Below are positions 50,258 through 62,712 of a stretch of DNA of 64,000 nt, one piece after another. The notes under the pieces are model-generated. The model was not told where the DNA came from. It saw nothing but the letters and a program-made list of their open reading frames with translations, and ran no database searches. The translations under genes and the position numbers were made by a program. The DNA is from Antedon mediterranea. Taxonomy: Eukaryota; Animalia; Echinodermata. Each line of letters starts with the position of its first letter. Position 1 is the first letter of the stretch. The stretch spans positions 2,000,422-2,064,421 of the forward strand of contig NC_092678.1 of the NCBI RefSeq assembly GCF_964355755.1. The letters are read 5' to 3'.

Positions 50258-52256
50258 CTGCAAAAACAAAATTTAAAACAAGAATGTGTCAGTCATTTTA
50301 TTCAATCCTACAGATTTACAAGTTATTTAGTGTTAAATGTAAAGGTACAGTATCATCCAGAATACATCTCCCCTTGCATGAGTACTGTCTGCGAAAAATA
50401 TTCGGAAAAAAAGCGTGTGTCAATATTACGTTGTCGTTGAAAATGCGTTAAGGTTACGTCAACCTCAACATGTGCATTCATTCATAAAACAAAAGATTCC
50501 AACTTTATTATTAGACAAATAATAATCACGCTTTGTGAGGCTAGGCATTTTTTTACAGTAAAGGAAATGCATTTTATGCAGCCTAAAAAAGAAAGTTAAA
50601 ATGTAAATGTCTTTAATTGTATATTATCCATCTTCATACAAAAATGAGTATACTATTCAGAATATCTAGCTACAGTATGTTTCATCACCACGGCATGCAG
50701 ACGGTTCCTAAAATACAACATTCCAGATCATTGATAATAGTAATCCAGTCCAGCAATATTTTAGGCCTAAATTGTTTAGAATATATATAATTTATTTCAT
50801 ATAAATATAGGCGTAGAAGTGTTGTTTCACAAGGAGCTATATTTATGGTTTAATAGTTGATATGGTAGGCTACGATCTAACGATTTAAAAACAAAACATG
50901 AATATTTTTTTTTTGTGTATTCTGCCATTATTATGTGAACATTTTAGATTAATTGTGCATGAATATCAGAATTTTTAAAAGTAATTCATCATAGTCTGCA
51001 AGCTTTTTTGGCATATGTTTTTTTAGTTGGCAACACTGAGTGTAACCTGCACCTTTTGCCTACGATAAATTATCAATCCATGTATTTATAGATTCGTGAA
51101 ACATCGCAAATATTTTATTACATATCCTGAACAATGTAGGCATAGCTGGAGTTTTCTAAAATTTAACAGGTGAATTAGGTGAATGTCTTCAATCATCTAG
51201 AATTTTAAATTTTAGGAACAGTGTTTATTACGTATGTATTCTGTGGGAAAAAAATAATCCGGTTTATGGTTAGGCCTAGAAGAAACGAACAGTTGATTTT
51301 GAGACATGATGTACAGCAGGCCTACTCTAAATAATTTAGCAAAAAGGACATTTTAATTAATAATAATATGATACTTTAAGCTAAAATATGTTTCAATCGG
51401 CAATTTAATTAAATATCACAATTACAGTAGTTATTTTGCCGATTAAAGCATGAGATCACACATGGCAAAAACACCAAAAAAAGACAATTCAATGAATATC
51501 AAACAGAAATATTTTTTTAATTAATAAATACACAGTTATTTTTTTGTTAATCTAAATCTTTTGTCTTGTTGATAAAAAGTCCTTCCAGAGGTTTAAAATA
51601 AAAGCCCATAGACAGTTCACAGGACAAATGATTTATTCAATTCAAACAGTAATGGTTGAGTGAATGTGGGTTGTCCTATCGTTGCCAATTAACCACATTT
51701 TGCCTGAACTTTGTCCACGGGAAAAACTGTGTGTATATGGTGTTTTCTGGATGGTACTGTATGTCCACAATAATCTTTAATTATTTAATATTCTTTTATT
51801 CTGTACTCTGTAACTAAAACATTTTGAAATTTGACAGTCTAGACCAGTTATAGCTATGTTGTAACTAGACAAGATTAATACCTCTTTCACACCAAAATTC
51901 TGCAGTGATCTCCGGAGACACCCCATGGTTTGTGACCATTCAAAAAGATACCCCATTCTCATCAACCTAGCAACACCGGGGTTTTTAAAAATAAAATCGT
52001 AAATACCACCCTCTATTTTGTTTGTTTACATAGCGACAATCATTAGAATCATTTTAATTGATATTTTTAATTTAATAATTATTTTCAAAAGTCTCAGAAG
52101 TTATACAGTATAATGTTTTATTTATACTATTTATTATATTTTAGACCTGCTATATATTTTGTACAAATATTTAAAGTATTTTGAAATAAAACTAAAGCAA
52201 TAATTGATCATGTGAGGATGACCTTTTGACCTTAAAACTCCGGAGTTTGATGTTGG

Positions 52257-52427
52257 TACCTTTCACACCAACACAACGATGTGTCCCCGCAGTTCGCCCT
52301 CCGGAGAACGTTCAGCTGTTCAACCCTGCTGTTTTGAACTCCGAAGTTATTTTATCTTTCCCATCAAAACACTGGGGCATCAACTCCGGAGTGTCTCCAG
52401 AGTTTTTCTTTTGGTGTGAAAGGGGTA
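52257..52427. mobile_element. MITE
   Basis: TIR cctttcacaccaa / ttggtgtgaaagg; internal ctccggag repeats. Confidence 0.65.
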
Positions 52428-52743
52428 TAATAAGTAAAGAGGACAGAAGATAGCAATAACCTCATAACGATGTAATAAGGATTCATACCATGTTTAGTGA
52501 AATTCCTCCTCCATTCTAAAGATGGGTCAGTTCAACTGGATTCCAAGAAAAAATCTCCCCAGCAGTGATGTAAAAGTTTTGTACAGGCTCTTTGCATAAA
52601 TGTTCAGAACACAGAAGTTGTTGACAGACAAAGACAGTGCTAACATGTTGCTGTCAAAAGTGACATTTGACCATATTTCCCAACATAAAGAAACTGATTG
52701 CAGAAATTATAATGCAGAAATAAATAGAATCACTCAGGCCAAT

Positions 52744-53070
52744 GAGTATCACAGTGTGACGTCACAACGATAGAGGGCGCTGCATGGTTGCTAGCCAATC
52801 AAAAAATGCGTTCAGCGCTACTATGTTGATAATAAACAGTAAAGATCTGTATTTCTATCAAATTATTATTATTATTATTATTTAGTGATCTTTTGAAATT
52901 TTAGTTTGTTTTTATTGAAAATTATTATGTTTTAAAATGACTACTTCAATAAGCCTATTCCAAACCATTGGTGATCTTGGAGTCACTCAGAGACAGGTTG
53001 AACGCATTTTTTGTTGCGCTAGCAACCACGCAGCGCCAACTGCTGTCGTGACGTCAGCACTGTGATACTC
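52744..53070. mobile_element. MITE with ~75-bp imperfect TIRs
   Basis: gagtatcacagtgtgacgtcac..gctagc..aaaaaatgcgttca / tgaacgcatttttt..gctagc..gtgacgtcagcactgtgatactc. Confidence 0.75.
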
Positions 53071-53279
53071 TATAGTATTTAAGTTTTTTAAAAAAAAGGA
53101 TGGATCACTGGACGAAGACTCATTCCCACTCACTGGCAGTGGCATCGAAGACACATTTGTAGGGTTAAAATACTTCTCTACCATAGTACATGGATATTTC
53201 CAAGTAGATTTAGAGCCTGAAGAATCCATTTAGATTTGTGCCATGGAGTTTTTTCCTTAGCAATTACAGTTTGTCCAAT

Positions 53280-54505
53280 TTTCAGCACATCGTAAAGTAC
53301 TTGTTTAGTTTAGATGGGTAAGTTTAGGCGGTGTGTGCATTTTTAAACCCGTTTCTACAACGAATCCAATCGGTTTTTAAATGTGTTGGTGGTTTCAGAA
53401 ATGACGACTTTGGTTGGCAAACTATTCCAATGTGTAATTACTCCTTGTGAAAAAGTGGATCTCCTACAGTTCAGTCCTGTGTGAAATTTAGGTTTGAAAA
53501 GCTGATGTCCTTGGTGTTTCTGCTTACATTGCATCTCATTTGAAAGAAGTCTTCCTTGGCCAAACCCTCGAAACAATTTTGAATGTTTCAATCAATTCAC
53601 CACAAATTCGTCTGTCATACAGGGTTGTTAGGCCAAGAAACTTTGAACGATCTTCATATGAATAAGAATGGATAGCTGGAATTAGTTTGGTTACACGACA
53701 TTGTACTGAGTGAGTGAGTGAGTGGCCGAGCGGTTAAGACAGTGGAACCGTAATTACGTAGCCATAACATCGGCAGGGGTTCGAGGCTCACTCACTCCAT
53801 GGTTCTGGTGGTAGAACGAGTCTTCTCGGATAAGGACTATAAACCGTAGGTCCAGTGTACACAACTAGCTCGTGTGCACTTTAAAGAACCTAGTACATCT
53901 TTCGAGATGAGTAGGGGGTTACCCCGGTGTATTAGTACATCACAGCCACTGATCACCAACTGGGCCCTCTGGGAGACCACTCTTTGACTGAAGAGGTTAC
54001 CCAGTATAAATATATATTTCAATATTTCAATACTCTTTCAAGTGTCTTTTTGGAGATAAGGATTCCATACCTGAACACAGAATTTTAAGTGTGGGCGAAC
54101 GTAATGTTTGTAAATAACGTTAAAACAGTCTTTGTCCATGTGTATAAAGTACCTCTTAATGCTCCGTAAGCATTTCATGGCTCACTGAGATATTTTGGTG
54201 CAGTGTTGGCTTGGTTTGCAGTAGTTAGTGATTAATACTCCTAGGTCTTTAATTTTCTCAACTGCTTCTAATTCAACTTCATCAATTAGATATTTATACT
54301 GAATATTTGAGTAGCCAAAGTACATCATCTTGCATTTATTTTTATTAAAAGCCAAAATCCAGTCTTTACTCCACTGCAATGCATTGTTTAGAGAATCTTG
54401 TAGTAGTTGACCATCATTTATATTGTTGACTACTGAGTAAATCTTTGTGTCATCAGCAAATAATTTTATGTGACTAGATACATATTTCGGTAGGTCATTG
54501 ATATA
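53280..54505 (-). mobile_element. Degenerate CR1-like LINE 3' fragment interrupted by a SINE
   Basis: LYINDLP, KLFADDTKIY, FNKNKCK, KDLGV, LERVQCRVTKLI (split by SINE), FSQGVITHWNSLP..FKNRLD. Confidence 0.88.
53708..54030 (+). mobile_element. Full-length tRNA-derived SINE with Nin/Deu-like core
   Basis: A box TGGCCGAGCGG (53723), B box GGTTCGAGGC, same core as 45375 copy, different tail; short tact duplication at the insertion site. Confidence 0.9.
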
Positions 54506-56317
54506 CAGTCTAGGCTCGCACTGGCCGATCGCCAAGTCGCCATGGGCGAAAACATTTCTAGATTGGCGAAAAATAAAACGGCTACTTTAGCCATTTTGGC
54601 GATGACATATGATAAAATAGATAATTAAATAATCATTTTGGCGAAAGCATAAAGTCCAACTAAAAGGTCCATTTGTCAATCTCCAAGCATTTATTTTGTT
54701 CGTTATCACGTTGTTTACTTCAAGCTCCATTTTTCGTCAACTTGTTTCGTTGTACCAGGCGTCTCTTTGTTATTTCAAAAAGATGGAGATAGCAGAGGTA
54801 GACTGCACAGAGAGACAGACGTTACACGACACATGGATGATGAAATATTCAAGCATCATCATATCTTTAGGCATACCGCCTGGTATTTTGGGCAAATCAA
54901 TATCTCTAGCCATTTTATCATATATTTCATCGACTCCTCTTCTTGGTCAACCATATCTTCCCTAGTATCTTTTTCATGCTATCATGCTAATAACAATTTT
55001 ACTAATGAAAGTTGTAAACTTGTGTATACAAAATATGTTATAAAAGTAATATATGTATTACCTTGATTCCATTCAGATATGTAAAAATATGAGATCCAAA
55101 TAAAATTTTAAATGCAATACAAAATAAGAAACTAATTTACTTCAGAAAATAAAATACAAATTCCAAAATGCAATATCAAAAAGCAAAGTACAAATTACAA
55201 AATAATTCGCTCAGTACAAAAAATTAATTTCGAAAAAAAAAAAGTTTACAAAGTCAACTTTGCAAATCTTCCCAAACTTTACTGGGCTTCCTTCTGTTTC
55301 TTCAGTCTTCTTCTTTCAGATCTCGGTGAATATCCAGCAGTCTTGAGCTCAAAAGTACTTCTTTGTCGTAATTTAATAGGCCCGTAGAGTAGGCATTGTC
55401 ACCTCTTCTTCTTGATATCTTGTATCTTAAAAAAATTTTTACCAACTTCTCGGGTACGTCTCAAATTTTCTGCCGTCACCATGTTGTGATTTATCGGTTT
55501 GGTATTTGGTAGTAGAGAGTTGATTCCGAGCGTAATGCGTTCTCTGGCGTATTATTTCACGAGACGTACAGTATACACAGACTGTGCTAAATGATTCCAC
55601 ATACAAAAAGCATATTCAACTATAACAACTTTTATTTCTTGTAAATCAGTATTAATAAAATACAGCTTCCTACCAGTCTAGACTTTCTTCTCTATACTCT
55701 ATACGTCTTTATACTATGACATTATTTTCTCTTTCCTCAATATCTATAACATTTTACTATTTATACTCAACATGCAAATTAGGGGCTTCTGAGGAGGATA
55801 AAATGTTCCCTCCAAAAGTTTCCCACCAAAATTATACCATTATGATTGGCTTAAGTTATAGCAGACCTACTGTAGTCTAAAACATCCTTTATCTAAACTA
55901 CAGGAAATCAGAAACATAATAATATGAAAAAAGTTTATTTATGATTAAACTTGTATTTAATAATAAAAAATAACTTTTCTGCACTTAGTATTATGAATAT
56001 ATTTATGTACATATTTCATCATGACTTCATAAATTTGCATTCATGAAATTGAGAAATCGTTTGGGGTTCGTGATTGAGTGTTTTACTGTAGTAGCCTATG
56101 GTGTATTCATTGTTTTGTCAATTTTATTAATGTTGACATGATGATAGAGTTTAAATTTCTTTATACAAATGAAGGATTCTCTCTTTAGTCTATAAGTTAT
56201 TAAGCTGAAAAGTGAGATTTAATTGACTTTCCATTCACTACAATGGTAATATTCCACTCCAGGGGGTAACTTGGAATAGCCATCTGACCAATCAGATGTC
56301 AGAACAGAACAAGACAC

Positions 56318-57077
56318 TATGGTCGTGTTTATACAACACCCTAAATTTGAACACGGCTTTAATTTTTAGCGTGTTGTTCAGACCGAGGTCAACCCACCTT
56401 AACATTTGCTGTTATACTAGAAATCACGTGTTGTACCGGAAGTTTCATCAACACGCAGTGCATGCTAGGATAAAAGGTCAAATCGTTGATCGCTTGAATT
56501 GGCTGGGTTGTCAACAATCATCGTTGCCTCCTCGCTGTCCGATGTATTCGCGCGGTTTTTCCCATTTTCATTATTGTATTCGTTCACGTTTGCATTGTTG
56601 TTTATTTTGTTCTCGGTTCATTTAAATTAATAAAAGTTATTTTAAGGGTTTCATTGTTTCATCTATACACTATGGAAGAAGATGCCATTTTTGCGATGTT
56701 ATTTTTTATTCTGTTTGGAGTGGGAAACGATAGAGGCCTACTACCACTACGAGTTGGCCCCACTAGGCTAGGCGTAAGACGTGGTAGGAGGATAATTGCT
56801 GGCAGCGAAGCACCAATAAATGGGCCCAATCTTGTTAGCAACGTCGCATGACATGATTGATATTACGACCTGTTTTAACGAGAGGTCAAAATATACCCTG
56901 AGGACACTTCCAACACAGTAACGGCGACCGGGAATCCACCAAATTTTAGGATTCAGCCAAGTAGCCTTTTTTGCAATTAAAATCTCCTTACATGGAATCT
57001 CTTTGTTGTTATACAACACATTTCTCGTAGGCGTGTAGAATATGCGTGTAATAGCGTGTTGTATAAACGCGCCCTAT
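56318..57077. mobile_element. Non-autonomous DNA element with ~22-bp TIRs
   Basis: ggtcgtgtttatacaacac / gtgttgtataaacgcgccc. Confidence 0.55.
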
Positions 57078-59779
57078 GATTTCATTTTGAAAAATCATAT
57101 GTAATTGTAACCAACCAACGCATTAACAACACAGGAAATGGCCAATCGGTAATAAATTTATAGACGAAATATAAAATCAATTATAAATGAACAAAATGAT
57201 TTTAACAGAATTGTGTATGGTAATTTATGTACTTCGGAAATGTATTGGAATACCAAGTATAACCTATAACCATACTATCTGATAGGAGAATATCTTACTT
57301 CCAAAGATTGAAAAACATGGACGAAGATCGTTTACAAAAAGTACTATTAAGTGCTCTCTTGGCACTTTAAAACACTTGCTAAATAATATAAAATCTATTT
57401 TAACCAACTGTGATATATACAAAAACATTTTAACTTAGATTATGCTAATAATTGGCTTAAAGGTTTAAAGAAAAAAATACCATAGGAGATAAGATGAAAT
57501 GGCTTGAGAATCATATGGTAAAAATAAACGAGCCTAAAATTAAAAATTCGCTCCAATTCATTAAAAAGCTGGAAAAGAAGCATTTCCCCTCAAAATTCAT
57601 GTATATGTGTATAAACTGTTTATCATTTCGTATTTCAATACAAACGACTTGAGTACGTAAGAAAACCAATTTATACTTTTATACTTCTTAGAATTAAACA
57701 ACCATAATCTATCCATGTTTTGGGAATTGTTTACTACTAGCTTTCTAGATCTTAAATACCACTTATTCCTTGATGATCTTGAAATCCATAATTCAGACGG
57801 GCCTGCGTGAAAATTGAAAAAGTTACGGGTTTTGATGCTTCAACCCAGCCTAGGACATGCTTTTGTTGTTGTTTCTTAATCTAGGCTTACTAAAGACAAA
57901 CATTAAATTTAATCGGTTATAATATTATAATTTAATTTGACTTACACTTTGTTGTTTTGAAATATCAGACATCAAAAGTGTAGAAAAAAGCGTCGCGTTG
58001 TAAAAATTCAAGAATTGTCAGCGCGTACATATTTTTTCACAAACTGCAATGACGTAATTTGTGGACCATTTTAACTATCGTAATCGTTAAAGTTGAACAG
58101 ATTCAACTTTAACTAATTGAAAAATTTTAACAATTTTTAACGTTAATTTTTATCCCCTTTTCCCGTCAACTCAACGCAACTTAACGATCGACAGAGCCTG
58201 TTTAATCTTAATCTCAGCTTTAAATTTTAATTTTTTGTTTAAAATACTCGAAGTTAATATTTGAAGCTCAACTTTTTCAGTAGTTTGTCATGACAAAGCA
58301 TACTCTGTAAATATTTTGTAATTTGTTTTTTTTATTTACTGTATACTTGTTGCACATCTCATATTGAGACTGTGCCTCTGATATAAAACAAAGATACAAT
58401 ATCATAAAGTTAAGTTCAGAATACATTGTGCTGTGGTGTTTTTTTCGAATTTTGAGCGATCCAAACAATTTTTCTAAATTTGTTTTAACTCCATGGTTTT
58501 AACCATACAGTGATGTAAAATTGTAGGCCAATCTTTTAAGAACATTTTAGTTCAGGACTTACAGTTTTTAAATTAACATGGTGTCCGAACTGAAATAAAT
58601 CCCCTGAAAACGCTAAGTTATTTTTGTTATTTTTACAATTTATTGTCATACGAATTGCATGCAAGATGGCTTCCACTCCATTTAGCACGACCTCTATAAT
58701 CCGCCTCGCCTAGGCTCCTAGGCCATTTTGAATCAAATTAAAAGCAAAGATAGTGTAGGCCCTAGTAGTCTTTGATAAAAGCCATAGATATAATTACAGT
58801 TTCTGAATCTCACAACAGTAAACCTACCCTTTCTTCTTTTGTGAGACAAAAACCGATCAAAGAAGCTCTTATTACCAACCCTCTCAACTAGGCCTCTAGC
58901 CTGAGCAGCAGGCTGTGAGTATACTCAAAGATACACTATCTTTGGTATACTGTTAGTATCATGTATGGAACGCCACGCGGCATGTGAAGAACTTATGATG
59001 AAAGTGTTCCATCGAGAACAATGTTAGTCATTCTAGGTTTCTTATCATTACTTATATGTTATTGTCGTTGTTCAATAGGCATATTAAACACAATATATAA
59101 AACGGAAAATACGTATATTAAAATAGGCATATGAAAATGAAATAATAAAGTAAACAAACAGTTAATAATTAGTTATTTTTAAGTCCTCCTTGACATAGCC
59201 AGTCCAGCCATCATAAATATCAGTTGGACATTATACCAGAGGATAATATAGACTTCTGACCAATCGGTAGCAAGAGGGTGGCGGTTATAATCTAGTCAAT
59301 TTGATTCAGCTCGAAGATTTCTTATATTACGACTCATCAGACCAACTTCTTTCTTCTGTGAATGACTTTTCTTCCTCTTCTATTACTTGTGTCTTGGTCT
59401 TTGTGAACATGTCGCGTCTTAAGTTAGGTCTGGTGATTAGATACAGTCTGAAAACAGTATTGTAATGATTTTGGGGTAGAAGGAAAAAGAGAGAGGGCAG
59501 CAGATGGAGGCAGAGTTAGGCAGGGAGAGTAGCAGAGAACGGACGTGAGAAAAAGGGCAGAGAGGGATTGGAGAAGGAAGGCAATGGAGGGTTACCTCGA
59601 GTTGCGTTAAAAAGGAGGGAGAGATTGGAGCTGGAAAAGCGGAGAAGTAGGGAGAAGACGTGTTAAATAAGTAGGGACATTAGAGAAATTGGAAAACAAA
59701 GTGTAGAGAAGATTAGAGAAAAGAAAGAGAAAATTAGAGTTGAATAATAAAAGGAGAGTTAAGACACAGCAAGTAAAGT

Positions 59780-60530
59780 TAGCCGGAGGGTACAGCCTAC
59801 CGCTTGTGCTACTGTTGGAGACCTAGTGAGCCGGAGGTTGCACCTACTGTACTGGTTGTATCACTATTTGAGACATAGTGAGCCGGAGGTTGCACCTACT
59901 GTACTGGTTGTATCACTATTTGAGACATAGCTGAGCCGGAGGTTGCACCTACTGGTTGTGTTACTGCTTGAGATACAGTTAGCCCGTGGTACACCCTGTG
60001 GTTGTGATACTGCTTTGCTGGTGGGTACACCTATTAGCCAGTGGTTAAGACTACTGGTGGTTACCCTGTTAGCCAGTATGTGGTTACACCATTGTGGTGG
60101 TTACGTTGCTGTTGGAGGTTACACATTGTTGGTGGTTACGTTGCTGTGGAGGTTACACCATTGTTGGTGGTTACGTTGCTGGTTGGAGGTTACACCATTG
60201 TTGGTGGTTACGTTGCTGTGGAGGTTACACCATTGTTGGTGGTTACGTTGCTGGTTGGAGGTTACACCATTGTTGGTGGTTACGTTGCTGTGGAGGTTAC
60301 ACCATTGTTGGTGGTTACGTTGCTGTGGAGGTTACACCATTGTCGGTGGTTACGTTGCTGTGGAGGTTACACCATTGTTGGTGGTTACGTTGCTGTGGAG
60401 GTTACACCATTGTGGTGGTTACGTTGCTGTGGAGGTTACACCATTGTTGGAGGTTACGTGCATGTTGGAGGTTACGCCATTGTTGGTGGTTACGCTACAA
60501 TTGGAGGTTGCGTCATTACTGGTGGTTACG
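59780..60530. repeat. Compound minisatellite: 52-bp units then ~35-bp units
   Basis: (gtgagccggaggttgcacctactgtactggttgtatcactatttgagacata)x2+ and (ggttacaccattgttggtggttacgttgctgtgga)x~11. Confidence 0.93.
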
Positions 60531-62518
60531 CTGTTGTTTCAAGTCCGGCGTAATAGCAGAACTAATTTAATTAATTATTATAATCGGTTGTTACCAATAA
60601 TTTGGAATCAAAGAAGAATAAAGGAGGTCACTCCAGTAATTGTAATTGATTTGTTTGTTTCATTCGTGTGTGCCGCAGTACCGCAGACCCCTCCCCCCCA
60701 AAAGGGAACGAACCCGAGAACGGATTTTCGTTACAGTATTTACAGTCCCGTACGGTATTGTCTTTGGCTACCGAGTGCATGAATTGGTCTATTCGTATTC
60801 CTCCTGTTTGTTTTTCGTTAATTTTTAAAATGAAAAACGGCCTTCTTTCTTTTCTGATGTGACCGAAAACAATTTTCATCTTGTACAATTCTTTCAAACA
60901 AATCTCTCACTTCTTCGTTTCAGAGTGTGGGAGGTTCAATACATTGTGAGCATCTTGTGTCCACTCTGTTGAATATGGTCTAGCATTCGAAGGAGTATAA
61001 CAGGATGTGAATATTAGGCCCTACTTCAGTACCGTACCCGTACTCCGTGTATCGATTGATGTTCTTTGAACTGAGAAACATCTTTATTTAGCCTCGGCCT
61101 ATAACCATCGTCAGAAAAGACTTTAGGGTCACAAGAGACCAAATCTCTGGATACGCAGTTCACTTTGTTGAACCGTTTTAAGATAAAATCAAAGTATAGT
61201 GGTAGGCCCACCACAATTGAAAATCTTGATACTTCAGTAAGCTTTATAACACAGATAGGAGAAATAACATTTGATGATAAAATGTAGTACATCAGTAAAA
61301 GTTACGAGTATTTATCGCACAGTTTTTTCCTTATTTTAACTTTTTACCCACGTTCCCGTGTGATGTAGTGGGCCTACATACGCAAATAAACTATCATGAA
61401 ATGAAAGACAAATATGGAAAAAAGCTATTTTATGAAAATTAAATTAATTATAGACTAGGACGGACGGACGGTTTCTGCGATGATTTTTTGACGCAATTCG
61501 GTTTCCAAAGAAATTGGTCTTCGTTCTAACATAAAGTAGGAACTCTAATTACTTGAGCGATAGGTATCCAGACCCTTTCTTTTGCACATTTAGCGCATTT
61601 AACGGCATTCGTGGATTATGAATTTTTACAAATTTTAACATTTGACGGAGGGCTACGTTTGCACAAATGTGGTTGTTCGCACATTTGAGGGCAAAATGTT
61701 TGCACAAATGTGGTTGTTTGCACAAATGTGACTTTTTGCACATTACACGGCTCACAATTCCGTGGCAGTACGGTTTAGGGAGATCAGTACAGGGAGATTA
61801 AATTTTGACATTAAAAGTCTGTTGCGCCATACCTGTAGATTTGTCACTCCTGTGGCAAAATAACGTTTTTCAATGAGTAAGGTTTACAAATGTGACATTT
61901 ACAATTTATACAGAATGTTATAAACGTGCGTCGTTTTTAGAAGAGAAACCATCAAACATTTGTATAGAATAGGTTGAATATTGATTCTTAACTCACATCA
62001 TCTAGAAAAAGAAACCACAAAATAATACATTGAATCATTATTAATGTCTTATACTGTGTATTTATGGGTATATACATCCCAGATTGCAAGATTATGATTT
62101 AAAAATACAGTCACTGTTTACCAAAATATTTTATATAAAGTATAAAATACCATGGACCTACCTCATTCTTTCTGGGTGCATAGTTTACCAATAATGGGTG
62201 CAGTCAGTTATTTTTCCAAACAAGGTATACAATACACTTTACAAGTGAACTATAAATGATAACAAAAATAGCAAAGGATATTGTTATATGACTTAGTGAT
62301 TTGGAACAGACCATGACCACCGAGTTATAAAATCTAATGTTACCTCCATGAACAGACGCATGCCTTCACAGAACTAAAAGGCCAGCGTGCCGGTATTATA
62401 CGGATACTGTATGATATCATGCCGGATGTACGGTCAGAATGGGTCATGTCAGCATGCAATCCTGGACAAAAAAACCTATTTTATAAGGCGTTATACATTA
62501 TAGCTCTTTTTGGAATAC

Positions 62519-62712
62519 GAGTCGAAATGTAACTCGCTTTGTTCTCACAACTATAGGACGCAACAAAAAAAAGGACGAAGCAACAAAAAGCAATAGTTCA
62601 AAATAATCCATTACTTTTGATTTGTCAATTTGATTTTTACGTGTGCGGTTTACATCCTTGGTTGCGTCCTAGTGGTGGGAACCAAGCGAGTTACGATTGT
62701 ACATTTCGACTC
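62519..62712. mobile_element. MITE related to 20626/38108 family
   Basis: gagtcgaaatgtaactcgct.. / ..tgggaaccaagcgagttac..acatttcgactc. Confidence 0.6.

Noticed and set aside
54508-58200. Single 3.7-kb hAT element (taggctc.. / ..gagcctg)
   Set aside because: Ends only weakly similar, no 8-bp TSD, no transposase.
59943-60782. 279/170/158-aa ORFs
   Set aside because: Three overlapping frames over a 35-bp minisatellite.
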